Positions 52,854 through 64,000 of a stretch of 64,000 nt of DNA are shown here, piece after piece. Under the pieces are notes generated by a model, which did no database searches, was not told the origin of the DNA, and saw only the letters and a program-made list of their open reading frames with translations. The stretch's first letter is position 1. Each line of letters opens with the position of its first letter. The DNA is from Scenedesmus sp. PABB004 (Eukaryota): the NCBI GenBank assembly GCA_014905635.1, contig JABVCE010000028.1, positions 434,001 to 498,000 of the forward strand, in the 5' to 3' direction. The translations under genes were made by a program, and so were the position numbers.

Positions 52854-55800
52854 CTACGCGCCGCCGCCGGCGGCGTGGCCGCCGGCAGCGCGCGCGTGCA
52901 CGCGGCCGCGCGGGCCGCCGGCGAGCGCGGCGCCGGAGACCTTGAAGAACCCGGGCAGCGCGTGGCGCATGGGGGACACCGACATGCCGGCGAGCGCGCT
53001 CTCGCGCGGCGCCGCCGCGGCGTCCGGGTTCTTCAAGGTCTCGGCCGCGAGCTCGGGCAGGCTCGCCGGCAGCTCCGCGCCGGCGAGCGTGCCCAGGTAG
53101 GCCTCCACGTCGGCCGCGCCGGGCGCGGCGTCGCGGCCCGGCTCGGCGGCGCCGCCGCTCCGCGGCTGCGGCGCCTGCTGCAGCATGCTACGGCGCGGCG
53201 CGGGCGCGCGCGCGCGGCGCCGCCGCCGCCCGCCGCGCCGAGCAGCGCGCGGCGGCGCTCGCCGAGCTGGTCCCCGACCTCGCTGCCGTTGCGCGCGAGC
53301 GCCAGCGACAGCACCGCGTCGGCCGCGGTCAGCGTGAACACCTGCGCCGCGCGGCGGCGGCGGCGGCGGGATCGGCCGGCCGGGCGCGTGGCACCACCGC
53401 CGCCCCCCTGCAGGGGGAGGCAGCTGCCTCCCCGGCCGCCCCTCTCACCTCAAAGTCGTCCAGGTGCAGTGCCACGCCCGGCGCGAGGCCCGTCACGCGC
53501 AGCGCGGGGCGGTAGAAGGCGGTGGCGTTGGCCACGAGCGCGCCCTGCGGCGGCAGGCGGGCACAGTCGCAAGGTCGCGGGCGCGGCGCGCGGGGTGCGC
53601 TGTCGGCGGGCGGCCCCAGCGCCCTCCGACGGCGCGCGGCCGGCCGGCCGGCGGCGGCGGCCCCCTGCGCCGCGCACCAGCGGGTACTGCTGCCACGCCG
53701 ACGACACGAGGCCTGTGTAGTCGTTGTTGGGGTCGGCGCGGTGCGACGGCGCCGCGAGGTGGGCGCTGTCCAGCAGCACAAACTCGAGGCCGACCGCGTC
53801 CGACACCCCGGGGCTGCGCGCCCACATGAAGAGGCTCACGCGCGTGCCTGGATGGCACGGCGGCGCCGGCGAGGCGACGTGACGCGCGTGTGTGTGCGCG
53901 CGCGGCGTGCGCGAGCGCGTGTGTGCTGGGTGAGGCGCGGCGGCGCGACCGCGCGCACCCGCGGCGAGGGCGAGCGGCGGGCCGGCGATGACGACGGGCG
54001 CGGTGCTGCCGGTGGTGAGCACCATGCCGCCCGCGCCGGAGCCGGCGGCGGCGGGCACCTCGGTCGCGAGCGTGGCGGAGAGCGTGCCGGCGGGGCTGAC
54101 CGACCAGGGCACTGCGCGCGCAGGGCGGGCGGACGGGCGGGCGCGCGGGCGCGGTCGCCGGGGGCGGGCCGCGGCGGCGGCGCTGTGCCAGCGCCAATTG
54201 GCGCCTTGCAAGGCGGCTGGCCCCGCGCGCAGCCGCCGCACCAAACTCGTTCTCCGCCTGCGTGCTGGCCTCCGGCACAAACACGCTCGGCCGCGGCAGC
54301 GAGAGCGGCACCGAGCCCCAGGGGCCCTTGAGCTTGATCCAGGCGCCGGCGGAGTAGGAGTCGTCCGCGGCGACGGCAACGAGCAGGTAGAAGCCTGTGG
54401 CGCGGCGGCGGGGTCGGCGGAGGGATCGGCGGCCGCGGCGGCGTGTGCTGGCGTGAGGCGCGCGGGCCAGCAAGACGGGCGGGCGCAGCACAGCGCAGGG
54501 GACAGCCCGCACGGCGCACCCGGCTGGGCAATGTAGGAGTTGGCGGGCGCCGTCACGGTCAGGGCCTGCCCGGCCGCGGCCGCAAACTCGAGCAGCTGCG
54601 TGCGCGTGCCCATGTTGCTCGAGTGCGTCGTCGTGCCTGGCGGGCGGCGCGCGGGGGTTGCGCGGCCTCAGCGCGGGCGCTGCGCGCGGGGCCGGGCTGC
54701 GCGCGGGGCTGCGGCGGCGGTCGCGCAGGCGGGGGCGTGGCGGCGCACCCGGGTCGGTCAGCACGACGGCGACGATGTCGGCCACCGAGGTGTTGGCCGC
54801 GAGCGCGACGGTGAAGGTGGAGCCAAACTCGGCAAGCGTCGGCACACGCGCCCATGCGGGGCGGGGGCCGAGGATGTAGTGGGGCGTGAAATACTCGATC
54901 CTGCGGGGCGGGACGGTGGTCCAGGGCAGGGCGGTTCAGGTCAGCGCAGCACGTCGGCCGGGCGGCGCGGCCAGCCCGCCGGCACGCCACAGCCTGCGCC
55001 CGGAAGACTTCCAGCGCGCACCGGAACTCTTGGTTGGTGTATGGCGTCACGTCTGGAGTTTGAGTTGACATGCGGCGGGCACGGGCGTGGGCGTGTGAGC
55101 GGGCGAGGCTGCGGGCGCCGCAAGAGCGCCATGCGGGGGGGGGGGGGGGGGGGCGGCGCCGCGCAGCGCCGCGCCGGCGCTCACCAAAGTCGGCAAAGTG
55201 GTAGGACGTCCACCCGCGCGCGATGGTGGAGCCTGCGGGGCGCGGCCGCGCCCCGTGAGGCACGCGCGGGAGGGGGCGGCGCCGCGGCGCCGCTCACGCG
55301 CCGGCCAGCGTCTTCGCGCACGCAGGCAGCGCACCCGAGACGAGCACGTCGCCGTGGGAGGTCATGAGCGCCGAGCCGTGGTAGAAGCGCGCGATGCGGG
55401 TGTACACGCCCGTCCTGCAAGTGCGTGTGTGCGCGCGCGCGCGCGTTTTCAAACAGCCGCGGCGACAGCTGGCGCCCGCGCGCGCGCGCGCGCGAGGGCG
55501 CTGCCCCGGGCCGCCGCCGCCGCCGCCGCGCCGGCCGGCCCCACCGGGCGCGCGGCCGCGCACCGGCGGTAGCGCCGCCCCAGCGCCGCCTCGGGGTCGT
55601 AGATCCACGGCTCGTTGACGGGGACGTTGTTGGAGTTCTGCGCGGCGGCGGCGGCGGCGGCGGCGGCGCGGCGGCGGCCCGTTGGCGGCTCGTCAACGCG
55701 CTGCGGTGCTGGCGGCGCGCGTCTGTCTTGACAGATCTATGATCAAGCCTAGACACAGAGTCTGTGCTCACGGGCTTGTAGTCGAGGTTGCTGAACCCCT

Positions 55801-58800
55801 CCTCCACGCCGTTGATGATGAGGACCTTGCCGTTGGGCAGCACCGCGGTGTCGAGCATGCAGCGGTGCCCCAGCATCGTCTCGACCTCCCACTCCCCAAA
55901 GCTGTGCGCGCAGGGCGCGGCGCTGCAGTCAATCGTCAACTCGATGCGTAGCGAAAAGTCGGTGCACGGCCTGCGAGCACGGCGGCGTGGCGGGCGGCGC
56001 GGCGCGTCGGCGCGCGGGGGCAGCAGCCGGCAGCAGCAAGCCCTGGGCCCTGCGGGGCCCTGCGGGGCCCTGCGGGGCCCTGCCCAGGACCCTGCCGGCG
56101 GGGCCTCACTTGTAGAACCAGGCCTGGTACCCGCCCCCAAAGACCAAAAAGATCAGTTTGACGCTCTCGCCCGGCCGCAGCACTGGCGCGCGCAGCAGCA
56201 CCTGGCGCGCGGCGGCGAGCGAGCGAGTGAGCGCGCGGGGCGTGGGCGCGCGCGGCGGCGGGGGCGCGGCGCGCGCGGCACGGGGCGCGGGGCGCGCGGT
56301 CAGCCGCCGCCGCACCTGGCTGCCACTCAGCGGATACTCCTGGTGGTGGTGGGGGGGGGGGGGGTTGGACGGGCGGGCGGGCACGCGTGGGCAGCAGGCA
56401 GCGAAAGGCGCACACCCCGCGCGCTGCCGCGCCCGCCCCCGCCGCGCGCGCGCGTCGCACCCAGTAGTTGGGCCGCGGCAGCGGCAGCGCCGCCGCGAGC
56501 GCCTCGCCGGTCAGCGGGTTGATCACCTGCGGCAGCCGGAGGGCGGCGGCGGCGGCGCGCGGCGCTGGGCGACCGCGCGGCGCGGCGGCGCGGCGGGGCG
56601 GGGCGGGCACGACGAGCCCAGGGCGCGCGCCGCGCACTCGGGCGCCGCGCGGGCGACCCGCATATATGCTTGCGCGCCTGGACGGTCGTCGCCTGGGAGA
56701 AGAGGTACGCGCCGGTGGGCAGCACCCACAGGCCCGGGTAGTATCCTGGCGGGGCCCGGGGCAGAGGTCAGAGGGGGCAGGCCCCGCGCCGGCCCGCGCC
56801 GCGGCGCGCCGCGCCGCGCGGCCGTGGTGGCCGCCCGAGGCAGCCTCGTGCGCCGCGCCGCGCTGTGCCGTGCGGCGCGTCTCACCTCCGACCTGGCTCG
56901 CGCTGAAGAGCGGCTCATTCAGGGGAAGGTAGGGCGTGTTCTGTCCCATGCTGGTGTAGCGCCCCACCCACGTCTTGTGCGCGGGGTCCCACACGTCGGA
57001 GCCTGCGTGGCGCGCGCGGCGTGTGCGCCGGCGGGCGCGGGTCGGCGGGGCGGTGCGGCGGCGGCGCGGCGGCGGCGGCGGCGGCGCGGCCGCAGGGGCG
57101 CGCGACGCGCCGCACCGAGCGCGCGGGGCGTGCCGGGGCCGTCGTCGCCGCCGGTGACGTAGGTGCGGCCGTCTGGCATGGTCATGCAGCCGCCGTACCA
57201 GCGCCCCAGCGGCATCGCGCGCTCGCCAAAGTCCTCCACGCGCTGCACCTGGTGGCGGTGGTGCCACATCGTCGCCTGCGCGGCACAGCGCGGCGCGGCG
57301 CGGCGCGGCGCGGAGCGGCGCGGCGCGGCGCGGCGCGGTGGGCAGGGCTCGGCGGCGCGCGCCGCGGCGGGCGCTGCCTGGGCGCCCAGGCACAGCCAGC
57401 TGCCCGCTGCGTGCCACGTGGCACGCACCCAGACCGCGTACTCGTTGATGCCAGAGGCCCCAAAGTAGCCTGCGGGCGGCGGCGTGCAGTCGGGGGCCCG
57501 CGCGACGGCCGGCCGCAGCGCGCACAGCGCGCGCGGCGCGCGCAGCACGCACAGCGCGCGCCGCACCACTGAAGCCCATGAGGTCCCCGTCGGGCATGCG
57601 CGTCCACTGGCCTGCCGCCGGGCGGGCGCGGCGCGGCGCGCGCGCGCGTCGGCGCGGCCCGCCGCCGCCGCCGCGCGCGCCGCCGCCGCGCCACGCGCGG
57701 GCGGGCGCGCGCGCTTCGCCACGCCCGCCCCGCGCGCGCACCGCAGGACGCGTCGCGGATGTTGTTGACCGGGCGGAAGCTGTTGTTGCCGCGGAACAGC
57801 AGGTAGGTCGTGCTCTTGCCGTCCCAGGTCGGCGGGTGGCTGGCGTCCAGGAAGTCCTGCGGCGCGCGGACGAACAGCCCCGGCGGGGCGAGCGGCGGGG
57901 CGGTCGGCGGCCGAGCGCGCGTGCGCGCGCGCCGGCGCGGCGAGCCCAGGCTCTTGTGGGCCGCAGCCAGCGGAGGTGACGCTCTCAACCCTAGCCCTGA
58001 AACCTGTGGCCCCTCCAAAACCCCGGCCCGCTCACGATCATGGCAAACTCGTCCCGCCCCGTGATCTGCATGAGGTGCGTGGCCGAGACGGGCACCTCCA
58101 TCGGCGGCCCGTACCGCCCGCCTGCCGCATGCGGCGCGGCGGCGAGACGGCGGTGAGACGGCGCATGCGCGTGGCCGCGGCGCGCTGGCGCCGCGCGCCC
58201 CCTGCCGCCCTCCCGCGCTCGAGCGCGCGCACCGAGGCCCACGTCGGCGGTGACGTTGGGCAGGGAATACAGGGAGATCGCGTACTGCCCGCCGCAGCGG
58301 TCCGCGCCGGGCCAGGGGTGGCACGCGTCGGTGCACGCGGCGCTCGCGCCGAGCGCGGTGACGTGCGTGACGTTGAACGCGCCCCTGGCGGTGGGGCGCC
58401 GGCGGCGCGGCCCCGGGGTCAGGTTATCTGCCCCGGCGGCGCGCGGCGGCAGGCGCGGCACCGCGGTGGCGCGCCGGCGGCGCGCGCGGGGGATGAAAAG
58501 CGAGGGGGGCCTGCTGCGCGCCGCCCCGCACCAGCACTGGCGGCCGTGCTGGGGGTACAGCTCGCCCGCGGTGAGGCCAAACAGCGGGTAGCCACCCGCC
58601 AGCGCGCGCGCCGCGCACTCCCAGCTGTCCATGCCGGGGACCTGCCCCAGGCGGCGCCACATGCGGCGCTGGATGGGGCTGGGCGGGTCAAAGGTGGCGT
58701 CAAAGACCTGGTCGTCCGCGAAGCAGCCTGGCGCCGACGCGGCGGCGGTGCCGCGTGCCCACGTCAGCGTGGGCCGCGGCGGCGCGGCGGCGGCGCGGCG

Positions 58801-61800
58801 GGGCCCGGGCAGCGGAAGCGGCGCGCGCGCGCGCGCACCGAGCGGCTCGTACGCGGGCGTGCCCGCAGGCGGCGCCGGCGGCGGCACCCTGCGCGCGCGC
58901 GCGGGCGCGGGCGGGGCCGCGCCGCGAGCAGCTGAGCTGCCGGCGCGCCGCGCGCGCGGGGCGCGAGCGGGCGGCGCGCGCGGGGCCGCCCCGCTCACGT
59001 GTAGACGCTGTTGGCCCCCGGGCCGCCGCACAGCACGGTGTCGTCGCCCGCGCACGGCATCCCGCAGCGGTCCTCGGGGAGGGCGCCGGCGCTCGTGGCG
59101 AGGGCCAGGTCCAGCCCTGCGCCGCGCGGGCCGCAGGACGGGGCGGGGCGCGCGCTGGGCGGCGGGGCGTCGGCGCGCCGCGCGGGGGCGCCCGCCGTCC
59201 AGCGCCCCCTGCGTCCCTGCCCCGCGCGCGCCCAAAACGCACCGGCCCAGCACTCTACGCCAAACTGGACGCCGAAGACGACGTACTGCGCCGCCGCCGC
59301 GCGGCGCGCGCACTCGTTGACCGTCATGGTGTCCACCGCGACGCCCAGCAGATTCGGCACGCGGCGCGGGTCGGCGTCGGCGTAGCAGCTGCGCGGCGCC
59401 GCGGGTGCGCGGGCGCGCGGGCGCGCGCGCGGCCGGTCAGCCCGCCGGCTCATGAGCCGACGAGGTCTTGCGAGGCGCGGCCCGGCGCGGCGCGGCGCGG
59501 CGCGGCTCAGCGCGGCGCGGTGCGGCGCGCACCCCTGGTACGCGAGCCCGGGGACGGGCGGCGGCGGCGGCTCGACAAAGGGCTTTGGCGGCAGGCGGTA
59601 CACGCTGTTGGCGAGCGCGCCGCCGCAGGAGCTGCGCGGGGCGGCGGGCGCGCGGTCCGTCGGCCGGCCGGCGCGGCTGGGCTGCGGCCGCGGCGAGCGC
59701 GCGCGCGCACACCCGACGGGGTTGGCGGGCGTCGTGCACTGGGACGTGCACGCCTCCGACGGGCCGTAGCGCAGCGCGGTGCTCTCGTTGCGGCCGCCGT
59801 AACACTCGGTCGCATACTGCACCGCAAACACCTCGTAGTTGGCTGCGCGCGCGGCGCGCGAGCGGCGGCAGCGCTGGGCTGGGCGGCCGGCCGCGGGCCG
59901 CGCGCGCCGCGCGGGCGGGACCGCCGCGCGGCCGCAGGCCCGCGCGCGCCCGCGCCGCGCTCACCCTTGGACGCGTGCGCGAGCTGCGCGCAGGCATCAA
60001 CGGTCATGGTGGGCGAGATGAGCAGCAGTGTGGGCACCGCGCGTGCCCCAATCACGTCCGCGAAGCAGCCTGGGGGACGCGGGCGCGGGCGCGGCGCCGT
60101 GGGCGGGGGTGCGCGCGGGGCCGCGCGCGGCCGTGCGCGACCGTGCGCGCGTACGCGCGCGCGGTCGCCGCCGCAGCGCACCCAGCGACGTGATGTTGAG
60201 TGTGGAGAGCGTGCCGTTGGGCAGCGGCGACGGCTCTGACACCGGCGCCGGCGGCGCGGGGCGCAGCGGCTGCGTGTAGATCGTGTTGGCGAGCGGGCCG
60301 CCGCAGTCGCCCACGGGCGCCTGCTCGCAGGCCATGTTGCACTGCGTGCTCTCGCCCAGGCTGGTGGCGCGCACGAGGTCGTTGCCAGCCCTGCGGCGCG
60401 GCGGCGCGGGCGCTCGGCGGCGGCAGAGCGCGGCGGCAGCGGCGCATCCAGCCCCGCTCGCTGCCGGCGCCGCCGCCGCACCAGCACTCAGCGCGGTACT
60501 GCAGTGCAAAGACGGTGTACCCGCCCGCCCACGCGAGCTGCGAGCACGCGTCGGCCGTCATGGTCGCCCTGGCGGCCAGCTGCGTGCTGATCATCCGGTC
60601 GAACGAGTCGGCGTAGCAGCCTGCGGGGCGGTTCAGGGCTCTGTCGGCGGGCGGTCTGGCGGCGGCGAGCGCCGGGGGCGGTCCGCGGCCGCCGCTGCGG
60701 CTCACCCAGCTTGGTGAACACACGCTCCACTGGCGCCGGGCTGGGTGAGGCGGCCGGCTCCGGCGAGGGGCTGAGCGAGGCGACCGGCGCCGGCGAGGGA
60801 CTGGGCGAGGCAGCCGGCTCCGGCGAGGGGCTGGGCGACGCGGCCGGCTCTGGCAAGGGGCTGGGCGACGCGGCCGCCGCCGGCGAGGGGCTGGGCGAGG
60901 CAGCAGGCTCCGGTGCCGGGCTGGGCGAGGCGGCCGGCGCCGGCGAGGGGCTGGGCGAGGCAGCAAGCTCCGGTGCCGGGCTGGGCGACGCGGCCGGCGC
61001 AGGCGAGGGGCTGGGCGACGCGACCAGCGCCGGCGAGGGGCTCGGGCTTGGGCTTGGGCTGGGGCTGGGGCTTGGCGAGACGCCGTCTGCGGCGGCGCGC
61101 GCTGCGGCGTGAGCCGCGGCTGCGCGGCGTCGGGGCGCTGCGCGCCTGCCCGCCACGCGTGCCTGGGAGAATGGAATACATGGACAGCGCGAAGCCGCCG
61201 CCGCACGTCGTTGACGGGTCGCCGCCGCAGGGCGCGTTGCAGTTGCTGCTCGTGCCCAGCGAAGTGGCGAAGATGAGGTCGTTGGAGGCCCTGCGGCAGC
61301 GGGCCCCCGGAGTGGCGTCAGCCGCGCCCGCCGCCCGCCGCCCGGCGCCGCCTGGTGCAGCCGCGCCCGCGGCCGGCCGGCCGCGCGGCCACGCTGCAGC
61401 GCCGGCTGCGCGGCGCCTGTGCCGCGGCTGGTGCGCACCAGCACTCGGTGAACCACTGTAAAGCGAAAAGCCGGTAGCCCTCGCTGCGCGCCAGGTAGGC
61501 GCAGAACGCCACCTGGGGGTTGGTGAGTGAGGGGTTGAGAGAGGGGGGTTCAGAGTGGAGGCCCCGGGCCCCCGAGCGCGCGCGCCGGCTGCGCGGGCCG
61601 CGCCGCCTGGCTGCGCCCGCCCGCCCGCGCGTGCGCGCGCATCGCGGCGCGCGCCGTCATCGCCGGGTCGCCCCAGAGGAAGGTCATGCGCCGCGCGCCG
61701 CCGTCGGCGAAGCAGCCGAGGTAAGACGTGGGCACCGCGTCGAGCGCGGGCCGGCGAGGTCGAGGATGCGGAACTGCGGCGGGCGCGGCGGGCGGCAGGC

Positions 61801-62590
61801 GCGGCGCTGGTGGGTGGCGCAGCCGCGGCGGAGGCGCAGCGTGCCGCGGCGCGCGCGCGGCCGGCCGCTGGGCGCGGCGGGGCGGGGGCGCGGCGGGGCG
61901 CACCAGGCTCAGCGCGTAGGGCCCGCCGCAGGTCTGGGTCGCGTTGCCGCCGCAGGGCATGGTGCAGGCCGTGGACGGCCCATAGGCGCCGGTGATGGCG
62001 TCCAGGTCGCTGCCGCTGGCCACGTAGCACTCGATGCCGTACTCAACGCTGCGCGGCGCCGAGCACGGCGGCGGCAGCGGCGGCAGCGGCGCGGTCGCGT
62101 CAAAGGCGCGCGGCATCGCGCGCGCGGCCGCACATGGAGCAGCGGCGCGGCTGCGGTCAACGGCGCGCGGCGTCGCGCCACGCGCGCCGCCGTGCTGCGC
62201 GGCGGCATGAGAACGCCCGCGCCGCCTGGGACCGGCCCAAGGGCGCGCGCCGCGCGCGGGCCGGCGGGCGGCGCGGGCAGGCGCGTTTGCGCAGGCAGCT
62301 CGCGCGCGCGCTGTCCGCCGTGTGCTGCGGGGTCGCGGCGGGCGGTGCTCGGCTGCGCCCGCGCCCGCGCACCCGTACAGCGACTTGCCACGCGCCGCGG
62401 CGAGGCCTGAGCAGCGCTCGACGGTCATTGAGCCGGACGCGGCGGCCAGCACTGGCATTGCCCGCGCCGGGCCGTCGCCATAGCAACCCAGCGACTCGTC
62501 CGCGCCATGCACAGAAGACAGGAGGCTCGCGAGCAGGGACAGGCCCACGAGGAGCGGGAGGCGCCTCGCGGCCCGCCAGGCGCTCGCCAT
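52854..62590 (-). CDS. Secreted multi-domain copper radical oxidase (glyoxal/galactose oxidase, AA5): signal peptide - 6 WSC domains - oxidase propeller - DUF1929 - CBM4/9-like domain - tail
   Basis: Six 'GC[YF].D...R......MT...C...A......F.[LV]Q[YWF]..EC[WY]...C..PC.G...CGG....S[LV]Y' repeats. AA5 motifs DASCG (cofactor Cys), RWYGG..MPDGR, YYP (cofactor Tyr), LPNGKVLIING, RFYHG (Tyr-His ligands), IEYFTPHY, TTHSSNMGTR (His ligand), PGFYLL. Confidence 0.9.
60731..61083 (-). repeat. Coding 30-bp-period tandem repeat encoding an (SP)n / SPSPxPEPAA hydroxyproline-rich linker between WSC2 and WSC3
   Basis: About 10 units of ASPSPSPAP/EP, typical of chlorophyte cell-wall HRGP shafts. Confidence 0.85.
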
Positions 62591-63475
62591 GGGTGAGCAG
62601 CAGCGCACGCCAAGGCGTCCCGTGAGCGCCAGCGGGCGCGCGTAAGCTGGTCCACAGACCGGCGGGGAGAGTTTGGCGCGGGGCAGAGCCGGCGAAACGA
62701 GCGCGCGGACGCAGCGGCCGCAGAAGCCCGAGCGACCGGCTACAGCCTCTGCCGCGAGGCGCCTGCGCACGCGCGCCGGCGACAGCGCCAGAGCTCATGT
62801 GCGCCTCGCCGCGGCCGCGGGCGCCGCGGCGCTCGCCCGCGCCGCGCCAGCTCGCCGGCGTTGCTCCGCCGCCCCCGCGCGCGCGGCGGGCGCCCGGCGG
62901 CGGCGCCAGTCCGCACGCGCGGCTCGATCAGCGCGCCGCAGGGGGGGGGGCAACGCGCGCCGCAGTGGCCACGCGCCGCCGGCCGTCCCGCCGCCGCCGC
63001 GGTCAGCTGCTCTCGCCGCGCCGTCGGCGCTGTTCGTTGGTCTTAGGTGGGAGCGCGGCAGCTCCTACAGTCACACACCCAGAGCAGCTGCCCGTCAGCC
63101 GAATGCCGCCGATGCCGCCCGCCACACTTGCCGCCGCTGCTGCTGTCTCACCGGCGACGGCCGGTGCGAGGCGCACAAACCCAATCTTGGCCATGGAACT
63201 CAATCACCAGCACTTGACCTTCTTGACAACGAGGACGGCGCGCGTCGGCGTCGGCAAAAAACGCGGTCTGACAGGCGCGCGGCCGCAAACGCGCCCGGCG
63301 CGCCCAGCCGCCACCCTGCCCCCCCGCCGCGCCCAGCGTCGTTGATCGGGCCTCCCCGCACCACCACCGCACGCCCCGCGCCAGCCCCCGCAGCAGCCCC
63401 CGCGCGCAGCACCGCCCGCCTCCAACCCGCAGCGACGCAACCGGCCGCCCGCGCGGGCTAGAAGGTTCAGGATCC

Positions 63476-64000
63476 ATGGAGTTCAGCCTCTGGGAGTACC
63501 TTTGCGGCGGCGGCGGCGGCCAGGTGCGGCCCCTGGAGGCGCGCGAGCGTGATGGCGGGCCCGCGGCGCCGCGGCCAGCCCGGGCGACGCCGGGGCGCGC
63601 CACCGGGCGCAAAGGACAAGGATGTCGCAGCGGTCGCCCCTGAAAGCCCGCAGCGCCGGGCGCGCGGCGCGCTGGGGGGGCACAAACTGAAGCAACCGCA
63701 CCTTCAGCGCCGCGCGCGCGCTGCTGCGCGCCGCCGCCGCCGCCGCCGCCCGGCCCACCCGCCGCCGCCGGCCTCCGGCGCCCACGCGACCCGCAGGCCC
63801 TGCCCTGGCCGGCGCTCGCGCTCGCGGCGGCCGTGGCGCTCGCGCTCGCGGCGCTCGCGTTTGCCGCGGGCCGCCGCCAGGCGCCGGTCTATCTCCTGGA
63901 CTTTGTGGCCGCCCGCCCCGACGACAGGCGCGCGCGCGGCCGGCACGCGCGCCCGTTCACGGCCGCGCCGCACGCCGGCGCGGGCGCAGCGAGCCTCCTG
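63476..64000 (+). CDS. 3-ketoacyl-CoA synthase (KCS/FAE1-like), 5' part only
   Basis: Exon 63797-63927 encodes a TM helix then RRQAPVYLLDFVAARPDD, matching the KCS N-terminal R..PVYL.DF...P motif. The first exon (MEFSLWEYLC) is uncertain and the gene is truncated by the window. Confidence 0.65.

Noticed and set aside
60731..61083. Regular 30-bp repeats as a possible CRISPR array
   Set aside because: There are no unique spacers, the repeat encodes an SP-rich linker, the context is eukaryotic and there are no cas genes.

Overview
Eukaryotic nuclear DNA of very high GC content (visually about 75-80%), gene-dense and intron-rich. TGTAA poly(A) signals, GC-rich introns, TTTAGGG-like tracts and the gene content point to a chlorophyte green alga, probably Sphaeropleales (inference). 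Most of the six-frame ORF track is GC-driven noise, so I assembled the genes by hand from spliced exons. About 16 genes are supported: a small secreted protein, a DEAD-box RNA helicase, a large secreted protein with 9 DUF11-like repeats and Cys-rich linkers, DNA polymerase delta catalytic subunit, a secreted protein of unknown function, two small uncertain ORFs, an SMP/LEA mini-protein, glutathione synthetase, a large disordered protein, an MCTP-like C2/PRT_C protein, a secreted Cu/Zn-SOD-like protein lacking its His ligands, a CRAL-TRIO/Sec14 protein, a reticulon-like protein with an N-terminal Zn-finger-like motif, a 6xWSC-copper radical oxidase (AA5)-CBM-like protein, and the 5' end of a KCS/FAE1 gene. 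The most notable observations are the prokaryote-style DUF11 adhesin architecture, frequent GC-AG introns, the multi-module oxidase and the pseudo-SOD. Several single-base frameshifts fall in conserved genes and are probably assembly errors. No CRISPR arrays, rRNA, tRNA or transposase were seen.
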